Source: Felis catus (taxonomy: Eukaryota). Taken from it: DNA of 64,000 bases. Numbering within the stretch: the stretch's first letter is position 1; each line of letters opens with the position of its first letter. The notes beneath the pieces were generated by a model, which was not told the DNA's origin, made no database searches, and worked only from the letters and a program-made list of their open reading frames with translations. The position numbers and the translations under genes are program-made. Shown here in pieces: positions 24,201 through 37,000 of this stretch. The stretch lies in NCBI RefSeq assembly GCF_018350175.1, contig NC_058368.1:51771815-51835814 (forward strand), in the 5' to 3' direction.

Positions 24201-27200
24201 ACACAAAGTTAGTACTCATTAAATGTTAACTGAATGAGACTATAAATAATTGTTTATTTACAGACCAGATTTCTCAAAACTTCCAAAAGATTAGTTCTTT
24301 CTTTCTCACACATAATCTATGCTTTCATATTTGAGTTATAGATCAAATAGCTCAATGTCTGATTTCCAATGTTCTATATAATATATATATTTATTTATAC
24401 ATATTTATAGTATACATAATAATTATGTGGGTTTTTTTCACCTATAGCGACCAAGACCTGAAAAATTTAATTGAAGTAAATTCTAATGTCTCTGAAAATA
24501 AAAATGGAAGGTAAGACTTATTATAATTTACTTTTTTTGTTATCAATTTCATATGAGCCTACACAAATTATATAACATTAGAATATTTACTGAGGAGTTG
24601 AATTGTATTATGGTATTTAGATATAAATACGATTGAAATACAAAAATCAATATTCAGAGTACTTAATAGATAATATGGAAAAAAGTTAACAAAGTTCAAA
24701 TTCTGTTGGAATTTCTGACTAAGGGCCTTCTATTCAATTGCTTAGTGTAAAAGGCATCATGGAAATTCAAAGCTCTGCACTTGGCTGTGAAAATTTATTT
24801 TTACTTATTGTTGCTTGGTAGTTTTTCAGTGGTGCAGAAAGCACTCTGGGAATGTCTTCCTTGGATACCTAGTGCTAAAAGAATGCGCAAATTCATCACA
24901 GCTACAAAACAAGACCTAGTTTTGGAATTTCTTTACACTGCACAGTATAATGGCATTAAAACTGTTGTATTTTGTTTCTTATACAAGGAAAGTTGGGATA
25001 GAAGCTCTACTTCATTGTTGTTACAGACTGTTTAGGGAAGAATTAAATTGTTTTCCGTGTTTTGCAGTCTCCCTAGACCTATGGGGGACTCTAAAAACAA
25101 TGGGTTCCTATTTCTTACCTTCATAAGGTACAGTTGTCTTTTCTATTAAAAATTTTGTTATGCAAAGAAATGATACTGTCAATGTTGTGTGTGGAGAGTG
25201 GAAAAGCAGAAAGAGATCTGGGTCCCCAAAATGTCTACAAAAGACTCTTGCATCTAATGTTAGTTTCTTTCCCTTCCATTAATTCCCTAAATCATCTTAT
25301 GCCTTCTTTTCTTGTGATCACACAAAACGTTTTGATAAAACTAGGGAGGGTAAGTTTTCAATAGAATCTGTTTATCTTAGAAAAACATCCATTATTTTGG
25401 AAGCAGGACTGGGCTTACAGTTAGCCAGTCTCACTCAAGTATTATCTGGAAATGATTAAGGTAAAAAATTGCAAGTAAATGTTTATGTATGGTTAAGGAA
25501 CTTCTCATTTTAATATGATTTGACACATGCTCCAATTTCAGCGTGACTTGCTTACGAAGGATTAATGAAGAAATGGAATATTACGGAAATTTAAGAGCAG
25601 GAATGGTAGCATGGGCGGACCTCATAGAGGCCTGATCTGGAAGGTTATTTCTTCTTGGCCAGAGGACATTCCATAAGGAATCCTTGGACATTAACCCTAG
25701 TTCTTTGTTATTACTATAACTTAGCTACTTCCTGAATATTGGCCACTTCCTATTTTTGTCTTGCTTTTCCTTCTGCGTATTGGCTTCCTTATTCTTTACC
25801 CTATATCTATTTGATAACCAAGAATCTTTGCTGCTTTGCAGTTTCTACCTCCTCATACCTTGAGCTTATTCGTGGTAAGCTTTTTCATGGCCTGTCTGGC
25901 CTTCTAAAGCAAGGCATTATGGATGTGGCCATCTGCACTGAAGATGGTGTATAGATGGAAAACACCATGGTTGACAATAAGATACACATATTCTCCTTTC
26001 CTTTCCTGCAGTTTTGTCTGTGTCTCCTGCCTGACATAATCCAACTGTGACATACATTCACAAATGTACCCACTCTCTCCCAGTGAGACAGGAATCATCA
26101 CATTCAGTTACTATATCAAGAAGCCTTAACTACCACCACTACAAAACCATTTCTTGATCCCTGACTTCTGTTTCCAGGTAGTGTTCATTCTCCTTCAGTT
26201 CGATCACAATCCTGAATATGTACAATGTTTCATGGTCTGCTCTCTAGAAATGAAATGGAAAATGTAAGCACCACCCTGGCACTGACACAAGAACTGTAAT
26301 AAATGGAACAGAATGGCAAAAAGAAATCTCTGGGCCCAATTTTTGTGCCCATGTATTCTGGCTACAAAAAAGGACTTTCAAAATGGGTAAATGGGTAAAT
26401 ATTTAATAGGAAGAAAATTAAGAAAATTCACAGAGAGTAAGAGACTTGACTAAGTGTAGAAGTTTAGTAATTAGAGGGCTGGGGTGAACCTGATTGTTAT
26501 GGCATCAGGTCCTCTCTTTATTTTTTATAGTAGACTACTTTTTAAAACCATGTTTAAAATTTATAGTTTTTTACAAGAGCTCAAGACCTTGACATTTTAT
26601 ATACAACACATAGGATACAAAATAGTAAGCTCTTAATAAGATTTTATTCTTTATGCAAAAGAGATTTATAAAATTTGCAGTGGTATCGATGTTTATCAGT
26701 TGAAGTTGTTTTATGGTGTTCAAATCTTAGGTTGCTAATGTTAAGTTAGTAAGACAATGGAAATCTAAATAAGAGTCCTGGGCCAATCTGCTAAACTGAT
26801 ACTTGATTCACTTTATGAATGTATTCACTTTGTATAGTAATTGGATGTCCAAGTAAATATATTTTTATAATTAGCATATTCATAGAGTGTACAACCATCA
26901 CCACAATCAATTTTAGAACATATGTATCACCTCAGAAATCAACTCCGTACCCATGAACAGTCACACATCATTTTCCTCCCAACCCCTCATCCCTAGCCTA
27001 CTTTCTGTTTCGATGAATTGCCTATTCTGAACATTTCATATAAATGGACTCATATAATATGTGGTCCTTTATGACTGGCTTCTTTCAAGATTCATCCATT
27101 TAATAGCATGTATCAGTACTTTATTTCTTTTTATTGCCAAATAGTATTTGTCCATTGTATAGCTAAACAGCATTTTGTTTATTCATTAATTGATGGACAT

Positions 27201-30200
27201 TTGAATTGTCTTTGAATTTTAGATTGTATTTAACTATTGTAAACAATGCTGCATATATGTTTTTGTGTGGGATATGTTTTCATTTTCTTGGGTGTATACT
27301 TAGGAGTGGAATGGTTGGATTGTATAGTAACTCTATGTTTAACCATCTAAGGAACCACCAAACTATTTTCAAATCAGCTGTACCATTTTATACTCTCACT
27401 AGCAATGTATGAAGGTTCCAGACAGGTGAATTTTCAAGCTGAATTTCCACCACAGGAAACATTTTCTCAAGAGTAATCCCATTTGAAATTCTGTAAGATC
27501 CGACACAGTGTTTGAATTTATATTTTGTAGAGTTGTTATTTAATTAATTAAGACACGAAACTATGACCATTAATTGGAAGTTATAATTCAACAATTTGTT
27601 TCAATGAATAATAACTTTTAATGATAAAACTGTTAATTAACAAACATTGTGAGTCATGAGTTCTCCTTTATGAGGATTATTCAAGGCATCTGAGAGCAAT
27701 ACTTGGGCAGGGTTCCTCAATTGTACTGGTTCCCAAACTTTAGTGTATGTCACAACCACCTGCTGATAGAGAGACCACATTTTGAGAACCAGTACTCTTC
27801 TGGGTAAGATGATGGGCTGCCCAGCCTCTTAGGTGGTGGTTCTCAACCTTAACTTGCATGTGAGACTCAGTGAAAAGGCTTAAAAGAATCCCAGTGCCCA
27901 AGCTGTAGTCCAAACTAATTAAATCAGAATATCTGGATGTGGGGCCCAGTAGCATTGTAAAAAGTACCACAGGTTATTTCACTGGTTGCCAAAGTATTTT
28001 TTAACTATTTCTATGGTTCTAAATAATTAAAAAAAAATATATTGTTACCACTTATTGGCATCAAGATAGAATTTCCTTTTTAACATCTATCACCATCTCT
28101 GGAAGAACAAAGAAAGACTTGGCAAGTATTACAGAGCCTAGGAGACTAAAGAGACATGATTATTATGTGGAAGATATATCCTGATTCTGATTCTGGAACT
28201 GAGAAAGGACATCAGTGGAAAAACTGATGAAATACAAATGAAGTGTGTAGATTAGTAAATAGTATTGTACCACGTTGATTCTTTAGTTTTGACAAATATA
28301 CCATGGTTATATATGATATTAGTATTAGGAGAAGCTAGGTGAAGGGTAGACAGATTCTCCACCTGTCTTTGTAATTTTCCCATACACTTAAAATTATTCC
28401 AAAATAAAAGGTCTTTTTTAAAAAAATCTGTCATCTTCCAAACCTACTGGCATAGCAAAACCTGTCAAAAAGTTTATTGTTCCACATTTCAAATTTGCTT
28501 ACTAGCATTTAGTTTTCATTCATAATTATAAAAATTAAATCTTAGTGAAGCCATTATCATCATCTTATGATAAATACAGCTAGGAGATGCTACTTGTATT
28601 ATTACTCTGTCTGGGCTTCCATAACAAAAGACCACAGACCAGGTGGCTTAAACAACAAAAATTTATTTTCTCACAATTCTGGAGGCTAGAAGTCCAAGAT
28701 CAAGACCACAGACCAGGTGGCTTAAACAACAAAAATTTATTTTCTCACAGTTCTGGAGGCTAGAAGTCCAAGATCAAGATGTTGTCAGGTTTGGCTTCTC
28801 CTGAGACATTTCTCCTTGGCTTACAGATGGCCACTTTCACACTGTGGCCTCGCATGGCCTTTTCTCTGTGTATGAACAAACATACACAAATCTCTGGTGT
28901 CACTTTTTCTTATAAGGACACAAGTCCTGTGATATTAAAGCTTCACCCTTATGACCTCGCTTAACCTTTTTTACCTTCTTATAGTCTCTGTCTCCAAATC
29001 ACAATGAAGGTTAGAATTTCAAAATGGGAATTTGGGGGGGAAACAATTCAGTCCATTATAGTACTGTATGCAGTTTATTCCCCTTTCTTCTTTGAAGATT
29101 TTGCTAACTAACTGGTGATATTTGATTTTATATTGCTGGGGATGGTGCAAACACATTCCAAACTCACTGACAACCTTCATTCCTTGAAGCTGTCTGTTAA
29201 AAATGGGTTTTTTATTGTATGTTATATGATTTGAATATTTTTAAGCAATTCCTAGCTAGGTTTATTATTCCTGGAATGACATATTCTAATAATTACATTA
29301 GAAAGGTTTCTAATGTTCATTCTACTTTCTCATTACTTAGTATAATTTTAATGTAGCTGTATGGATTGTGAAACATCTGTCTTAAAAGTAGAAGATGATT
29401 GTATGCCAGAGATAATATGTGAACAATGTTTTCCTCTTCTTTAAGAGCTATCTGGAAATGGAAGGAAAGTATGTTTAAAAATGATAAGGCTTGATTAAGA
29501 TCTAATCTGCCCTCTTGTTTTTCACATCTCTTCTATATTGGAGTTTACTAACCTGGAGGGATGAAAAGTGGCTAAAATTTTTGCTATTCCTGCATTAAAA
29601 TTTTCCTCTGTTTCAGAGGAAAAAGAAAATATGCCTGCACTTGTTAAACGTTGTGACACTTTTAATTAGCAGAAATCTAAGTCAGAGTTCTGTAATCTTC
29701 AAAATATTTTTTTCCATTAAAAACAAGATGGAAACGAATTTCCAAAAAGCAACCGCTGGGTAATTTTCATTAAATTGATAAACTCACAAGTTTATCATAT
29801 TGTACATGAGATGCTTTCTACAGTGGCACTGCTGGTATTACAAGGTTACTGGAACCAATTTCAGATGGTTTTTGCCCTGGATAAAAAGGTCTTTTATTCT
29901 AATGTTAGATAATATGACACATGCCTGTAGATTATTCTTTAAGGTAAGACAGTGGTCACTCTGGAGGTGTAAAATAGTACATGTATTCTATCTGTGTATC
30001 TGCACAGAAGCCAGAAGACAAACATAAAGAGGTTTGTTGTATGTAAAAACTTAATTGCATAGAATTTTAATAAAACAAAAAAACTTCTAGTGGCCTTCAT
30101 TTAAGTGCCAAATATTTGTGTCTGCTTTCCCAGGCTAGACAGCCAAGTCGGTGGATCCACTGATGCTATAAACATCCAGTTTACTAGAACTCCTGCCCAT

Positions 30201-30981
30201 TCTTATGAAGCCAGGAAGAATCACAGGTACCACGGCCAATTATATACAAGTGACAGGACTTTCTCCTTCTGTTTTTAAAACTCATCTTCCTTTAAACCTC
30301 CCCTTGCTTTGAAATGCAGAAATTTCTAATTTTATCAGTAGCTTTATGTAAACAGCTCCACACAAAGGTGTTGCATTAGCAACTTGGTCGTTGGTAAGCT
30401 TTGATATCTGGGTAGGAAAGTGTAAATATTATTTGTTCCTGAAAATTTTACATTAAAAAAAACTGTGACACTGGTGTTGACATTCTTTAGGCAGATTTTA
30501 AAGTTTCATTAAATTAGTTGTTATCATGTTCATTAAAGTTCATTAAAGTCAACTTTTTATTTTGCTTTTCAGATTTTTATTTAAATTCTAGTTAGTTAAC
30601 ATTCAATGCAATATTGGTTTCAGTAGATTTCACTGATTCATCACTTACATACAACTCCCAGTGCTCATCACAAGTGCCCTCCTTAATACCCATCACTCAT
30701 CTAGCCCATCCCTCCACCCACCTCCCTCCATACAACCCTCAGTTTGTACTCCATTGTTAAGAGTCTCTTAAGGTTTTTTCCCTCTCTCTCTCTTTTTCCC
30801 CTTTCCCATATGTTCATCTGTTTTGTTTCTTAAATTCCACATATGAATGAAACCATGTGGTATTTGTCTTTCTCTCACTTATTTTTCTTAGCATAATACA
30901 CTCAAGCTTCATCCATGTCGTTGCAAAGGTCAAGATTTCATTCTTTTTATGGTTGAGTAATATTCCATTATGTATATGTGT

Positions 30982-31019
<38 letters not shown>

Positions 31020-34000
31020 TTTTCCATAGTTTGGCTATTGTTGATAATGCTGCTGTAAACATTCAGGTGCACGTACCTGTGCTTGAATGTGTATTTTTGT
31101 AACCTTTGTGTAAATACATAGTAGTGCAATTACTGGATCGTATGGTAGTTCTATTTTTAACTTTTTGAGGAGCCTCCATACTGTTTTACAGACTGGCTGC
31201 ATCAGTTTGCATCCAGTTTGCATTCCCACCAACAGTGCAAGAGGGTTCCCCTTTCTCCGCACCCTTGCCAACACCTCTTGTTTCTTATGTTGTTAATTTT
31301 AGCCATTCTCACAAATGTAGGCTTAGAGACCTCAGCAACTCCTTAAAATGTAATAACATTAGTATCATAGGAGTCCCAGAAGATGAAGAAAGAGGAAAGG
31401 GGGCAGAAGGTTTAGTTGAGCAAATTATAGCTGAAAACTTCCTCAATCTGGGGAAGGGCACAGACATCAAAATCCAAAAAGCACAGAGACCTCCCATTAG
31501 ATTCAACAAAAGTCAGCCACCACCAAGATACATCATCGTCAAATTCACAAAATACACAGACAAGGAAAGAATCCTGAAAACAGCAAGGAAAAAATCCTTA
31601 ACCTACTAGAGAAGACAGATCAGGTTTGCAGCAAATCTGTCCACAGAAATTTGGCAGACCAGAAGTGAATGACATGATATATTCAGTGTCCTAATATATG
31701 GGAAAAATATGCAGCTAAGGTCAACTTTTTGAGGTTTGTGGGGAAAGTTATGGTTTGAAAAATAGGAATGGGACACCAGGGAAACACATTAAAATGTATT
31801 ATAAATATTCAAAATAGTCTTCATGCTCTACAACAGATATTCTGAGCGACCAATTTCCATAGCAGCGTTCTGGAAGTAGGCCAAAACAGTGGACACCAGG
31901 AACAAAATAGGAGATGTGAAGAAATTTTGCAGAAGTGGATTAGTATCCCTTTAACAATTACATTTCAAAAGTTATAATTTAAAAGGAATATATAAACACT
32001 ATTTTTTGCATTGAATTGGATAATAGCCTTGCTGTTTTTATTATCCTTGTAAATAAGCTTTAAACATTAAGTAAATGGTTCATGTTACAGCTCCAATGCT
32101 GAAACCAGGCATGCAGGACCAAAGGATACTGTGGTATACACAAGGACCTATGTGGAGAACAGGTACTGGAAATTTATTTAAAATATTTTGCTGCATTTAC
32201 TCTAATTTTGAAATCATCTATGTTAGGAGAGATGCTATTATTTTGGAGTATGTTTGCTTTTCTCAAACAGAAGACCATTTAGGGGTATATTGAGTTCTAG
32301 GTATATCATTCTTTATAATGTTTCCAATGTTAAGTAGTTGGCAAATAACCATTGTCATTGGATGAACCAAATGCTTGAATATAACAAGTATACACATAAT
32401 AGGATAACCATGTGAAAGTTCTCACATGATCATATATAACTATACATTTATAACAAGCGTACAAAATTACACAATGCAAAATTACACAAAGTTACTCAGA
32501 TACTCTCATGCTAATTTTGAGTCACACTTTAATTAAATAGTTCTATACACTATTCTATCTAATCTAATCTATCTGTCTGTTTACCTCTCATCTGAAATAA
32601 GGGGTGTTACCTTTAGTAGATACACTCTGGCCCAAATTACAGAGAATGGATATCCAAAAAAATCTGCTGCTTGGAGTGATGGATGTTGAGAAGAATGTCA
32701 ACCAAGATGATGAATTCACAACCTATTTGATTTTCAGGGAGTATAAAAATAAGAATTAGCCTACCTGTGGAGTAATATACTGGTTAGGACTACAAATGTG
32801 ATGTACGTGACATATGTGTTAACCAGAGCCCATTTCAAAGAGGGGAGTCTATCTCTAGAGAGGGGTTCCTGAAAGGGCTCTGGGAAATTCAATACATGTC
32901 AGAAAATGGACAGTTTTCCAAAAAAACAAAAAAGGTTTCTCAAAACCACACCTAATTTACTTTGTAAAATGCAGGCTCAAGTTTGATTTTTCTGCTGAAT
33001 CTAAATCTCCCTAAACTCCACACTGACGATGTAGGATAGTGTAGAGGCCCTAGCATCAGATTTGGGATGGAGTCTGTCATTTACTAACCAAGTGGTTTTG
33101 GCAAAATCTACTTAACTTCTTCGAGTCTCAATTTCCTTATCAAGAAAATGGAAGTAATAATATATGTATCACGCACAAATGTGTGCAAACTCTTACTGAG
33201 CATTGTGGGTTATGTATTCCGAAGATACTCTATTTCTTTTCTTTTTTATATTCTTTTTTTAAAGTAAATATAATTTATTGTCAAATTGGTTTCCATACAA
33301 CACCCAGTGCTCTTTCTGACAATAGTCTGCCTGTGGACAATTGGAGGGAGAAAGATTTCTTATTTAAAAATCCCAGGTAAAGTCTGTGGAATTACCACTC
33401 ACCCTATGAAATAATAGGAATGTATTGCTTCCAGCCCTAATATACTCACAGGTAGCATAAGTAGTTGGGAAGCAATTATGAGCTGCCAGCTGGTTAGTGC
33501 ATTGCAAGTTTCATTTGTCTCACAGAAGGACTGACATTTACAAACTGGGGCAGTCTGAAAAATAGAACAAAGGGGACTTAAAATTACACTTTTTTGCTTT
33601 CATTCTAGACTATTCTTTCTTAGATGTTTTCAAGTAAAAATAAACATTTCTACAGCTTTCTCTAAAAGTTTAAGAGTCTCTGTGTCTCTACACAGAGAAT
33701 GTTGATGTTGTGAATGTTGATGTTTCTATGTGCTTACACTGGCCCATGCTTTGCATAGTTCCTTTTCTGTGTTAGATTACATGTGGCTTTCCTATAGCAA
33801 ATGAATGAGGGAGGGGCAAGTATGCATGTCATGAGAAATGATAACTTCTTTTCCTGCTCACGCTTTTTCCTGCGCTCCTTGTCCTATGCTCTATTTCCTT
33901 CAATAGATTTGTCAATTTATATCAACCTGGAGGTGGCTTGTGCATCAGCACTTTCCACATTTAAAAAAAAAAAAAAAGAAAGAGGTTAGTACATGGTCCT

Positions 34001-37000
34001 AACTTGTAACATCATAGAGAAGAATGACAAAGCTGCATGAGGTGTGTGTGCTTTGTCACCTGTGTATGGGTGTGTACATCAATACTAGGGAAATAGCTCA
34101 GTCCTCACATGTCAATTTTGTTTGTTTCTAGTAAATTACTGAAGGATGGATATCAGGAGAATATCTCTGGAAAATACATACAAACTGTTTATTCAACTTC
34201 AGATAGGTGAGTTGGTCTACATTTCCATATCTAAAGGTATATATACATATATATACACACACATATACGTATGCATATACATACATACTTATATATACAT
34301 ATATTCACATATATAGGTGTATATACTTATATATATAACATTTTATATATTTTAGTGTATATGTATATACACGTGTATGTATATATACTTTTACATGTTA
34401 TATATATTTTATATTCATATTTGATATATTTTTATTATATATATAATACTGAAATACATGATTCTCATCCATTGAACTTAGAGATGCTAATTAAGTGATT
34501 GTTATACGTGTGTATGGATGGAACAACGTACAACAATTCTGCATCCCAGGAATTCATTCCGTGGCTTCCTGGCTGTTTCTGCTCTTTAATTGCTGTACTT
34601 TATTCCAGCAGAGCTTTCCATGCCCTACAGCTGCCTGCCAGACCAGCCCCTCTGTTGTTGCTGATTCCCAGGAGTCCCTAGTAATGCCACATATTTAGTG
34701 TCTAGGCTTCATTGCATCACTTGACTGTGCCCTCAGCCCTTTCTCCTTGTGGTTTTCCAGAGCCAGCTCACCTACAAACAGCTGCATAGAGATGCTGCTA
34801 TGACCCAGTCTGGGCCCACAGTCAGTTCCGAGGACAGGGGTTGCAGTGATTATCAAGTTAGTGCTAGTATGTTGACCCCAAGCTTTCACTGTTGGTGATC
34901 TTTTTTTATTTTTTTTATTTTTTTAATGTCTACTTTTTTTGAGAGAGAGAGAGAGAGAGAGAGACAGAGACAGCATGAGCAGGGGAGGGGCAGAGAGAGA
35001 AGAAGACACAGAATCCAAAGCAGGCTCTAGGCTCCGAGGTGTCAGCACAGAGCTGGATGCAGGGCTCAAACCCACGAACCGTGAGATCATGGCCTGAGCT
35101 GAAGTTGGATGCTTAACTGACTGAGCCCCCCAGGTGCCCCTGGTAATCCTTTCTTACCATTTAATGTTCAGTGGGGTGCATAGATGATGCTCTTGAGAGT
35201 ATGACCTGCAGATTTCCAGTGGAGAAAATTAAAATAATTAGCATTTCAATTCAACCACTGGAAATCAGCTGTAATGCAGATGTGTAACATTCTATTAGTG
35301 ATGTTCCTTTATAGGAGAGGCTAGAAATATGACTTATCGAGGGTAAGGACATATCTTATTTTTATGCACAGCCTAAGCTTGTAATGCAGTGTTTGGCACC
35401 TAAGGCTACTCAGTAAATGTTTTCTGAAAAAAATAAACTAATGCAGTATTTGCGAAGGAAAACATGGATGGGCCAGGCACCAAAATTCTATCCTCTTTCG
35501 GTCACTCTTTTAAGATCTTGTATTACCAGTGATCTTCTGAGTGTCTTGCTTTTAAAGCACACTTCTTAGAAAAATAAAGTCATCTACACAAGTATTAGAA
35601 TTACAAATGCTGCCTAAATAACTAGAAGCAAACAAATAAAAACAGCTTTTTTTCATAATGCTTTGAGAAGGTCTTTGGCTAACAATATGATCTTTTTTTT
35701 TAAAGTTTATTTTATTTCTTTTGTGTGTGTGAGAGAGAGAGGCAAAGAGGGTGAGAGAGAGAATCCCTGTTAACATGGAACCCAACATGGGGCTCAAACT
35801 CGTGAACCATGAGATCATGACCTGAGCTAGTCAATAAAGTCGGTCGCTTAACCGACTGAGCCACCCAGGTGCCCCAACAGTACGATATTAATAAGGTCAA
35901 CACTATCATCCGAGACTTCCCTGGGCTGATATTATCATTGTTAACTTAAGGAAGGAAAACATTCTTCACAAAAGTATTGCTCTTAATATGAAGAATTTCA
36001 GTTCAGCTATTAACGTGGTCCTTGAAATTTTCCATAGTCATCAGAGCAAAAGTCAATTCTCTGTAAGACCAGCCCGTCAAGCAACTTTTTTCTGTTGATT
36101 GTTGTGTGAAATTAGCTATGTCCCCAGAGTTCTTATCTAAGCATTTCAATCCCATTGAAAGTGGCTTCCCACTTAACAAGATAAAGTCTAATTCCTTTGC
36201 ACAATTATTTATGGGCCTTTAGAACCTGCTCCTACTGAATATTGATGGCCGTTTAATCACTCCAGATACTTTCTTTCTCTAGCACTTTGGTACGTCCTGT
36301 TTGTCCTGCTTGAAATTCCCCCATTACGCCCCTCCACACCTTGCCCAACTCACCTTGAGAGCCCCTTTGTCTTCAAGCTTTAACTCATGTGGCACTTTTT
36401 CCACAAGGGCTTTCCTGACTCTACCCCAGGGAATAGTTGCTTCGTTAGCCGTGCTCTCCTAACTCTCTCCACGTATCCATAATATGCTATGATTATTGAA
36501 TCACACACCTGGCTACCCTCGTGGAAAAAAGGAGACTGTCTTACTCTTCTTTATATTCCCAGCTCTTACCTCAGTGCCTCTGGGAATGGAAGAAGATTGG
36601 AGAGTGCCTGTTTTCTACTCTTGACAGGATTACAATATTACATGGGAAATTTAAGTATGTGTGCATGTATGTATATGCATATGTATGAATTTCCCCATAG
36701 GGAAGTATTTGCCAGGAACATATAAGGAATTAGCTGTAGAGTTAGTTGAAAGGGGAAAATATTTATTAATATGCATAAGGACTAGGAAATTCTTAGAATG
36801 ACTGAGCGTATAAAACCAGACACATTTCATCTACTTAAATCCCTTTCTTCTTTTACCTCCTCCTTCCACCCATTTTCCCTCCTCTCTGCTTCTAGTCCTG
36901 GGCTTGATCATAGGAGCATGGCTCCTGGGCACGACTAGTTCACTTTCACACAGTGAGCCTGATAGTCCTCATGGGCAGGCCTAGAGGTGACACAGGGACT

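Noticed and set aside
29617..29670. Strong-looking acceptor ttttcctctgtttcag
   Set aside because: The phase-2 frame hits TAA within 10 codons and there is no convincing donor.
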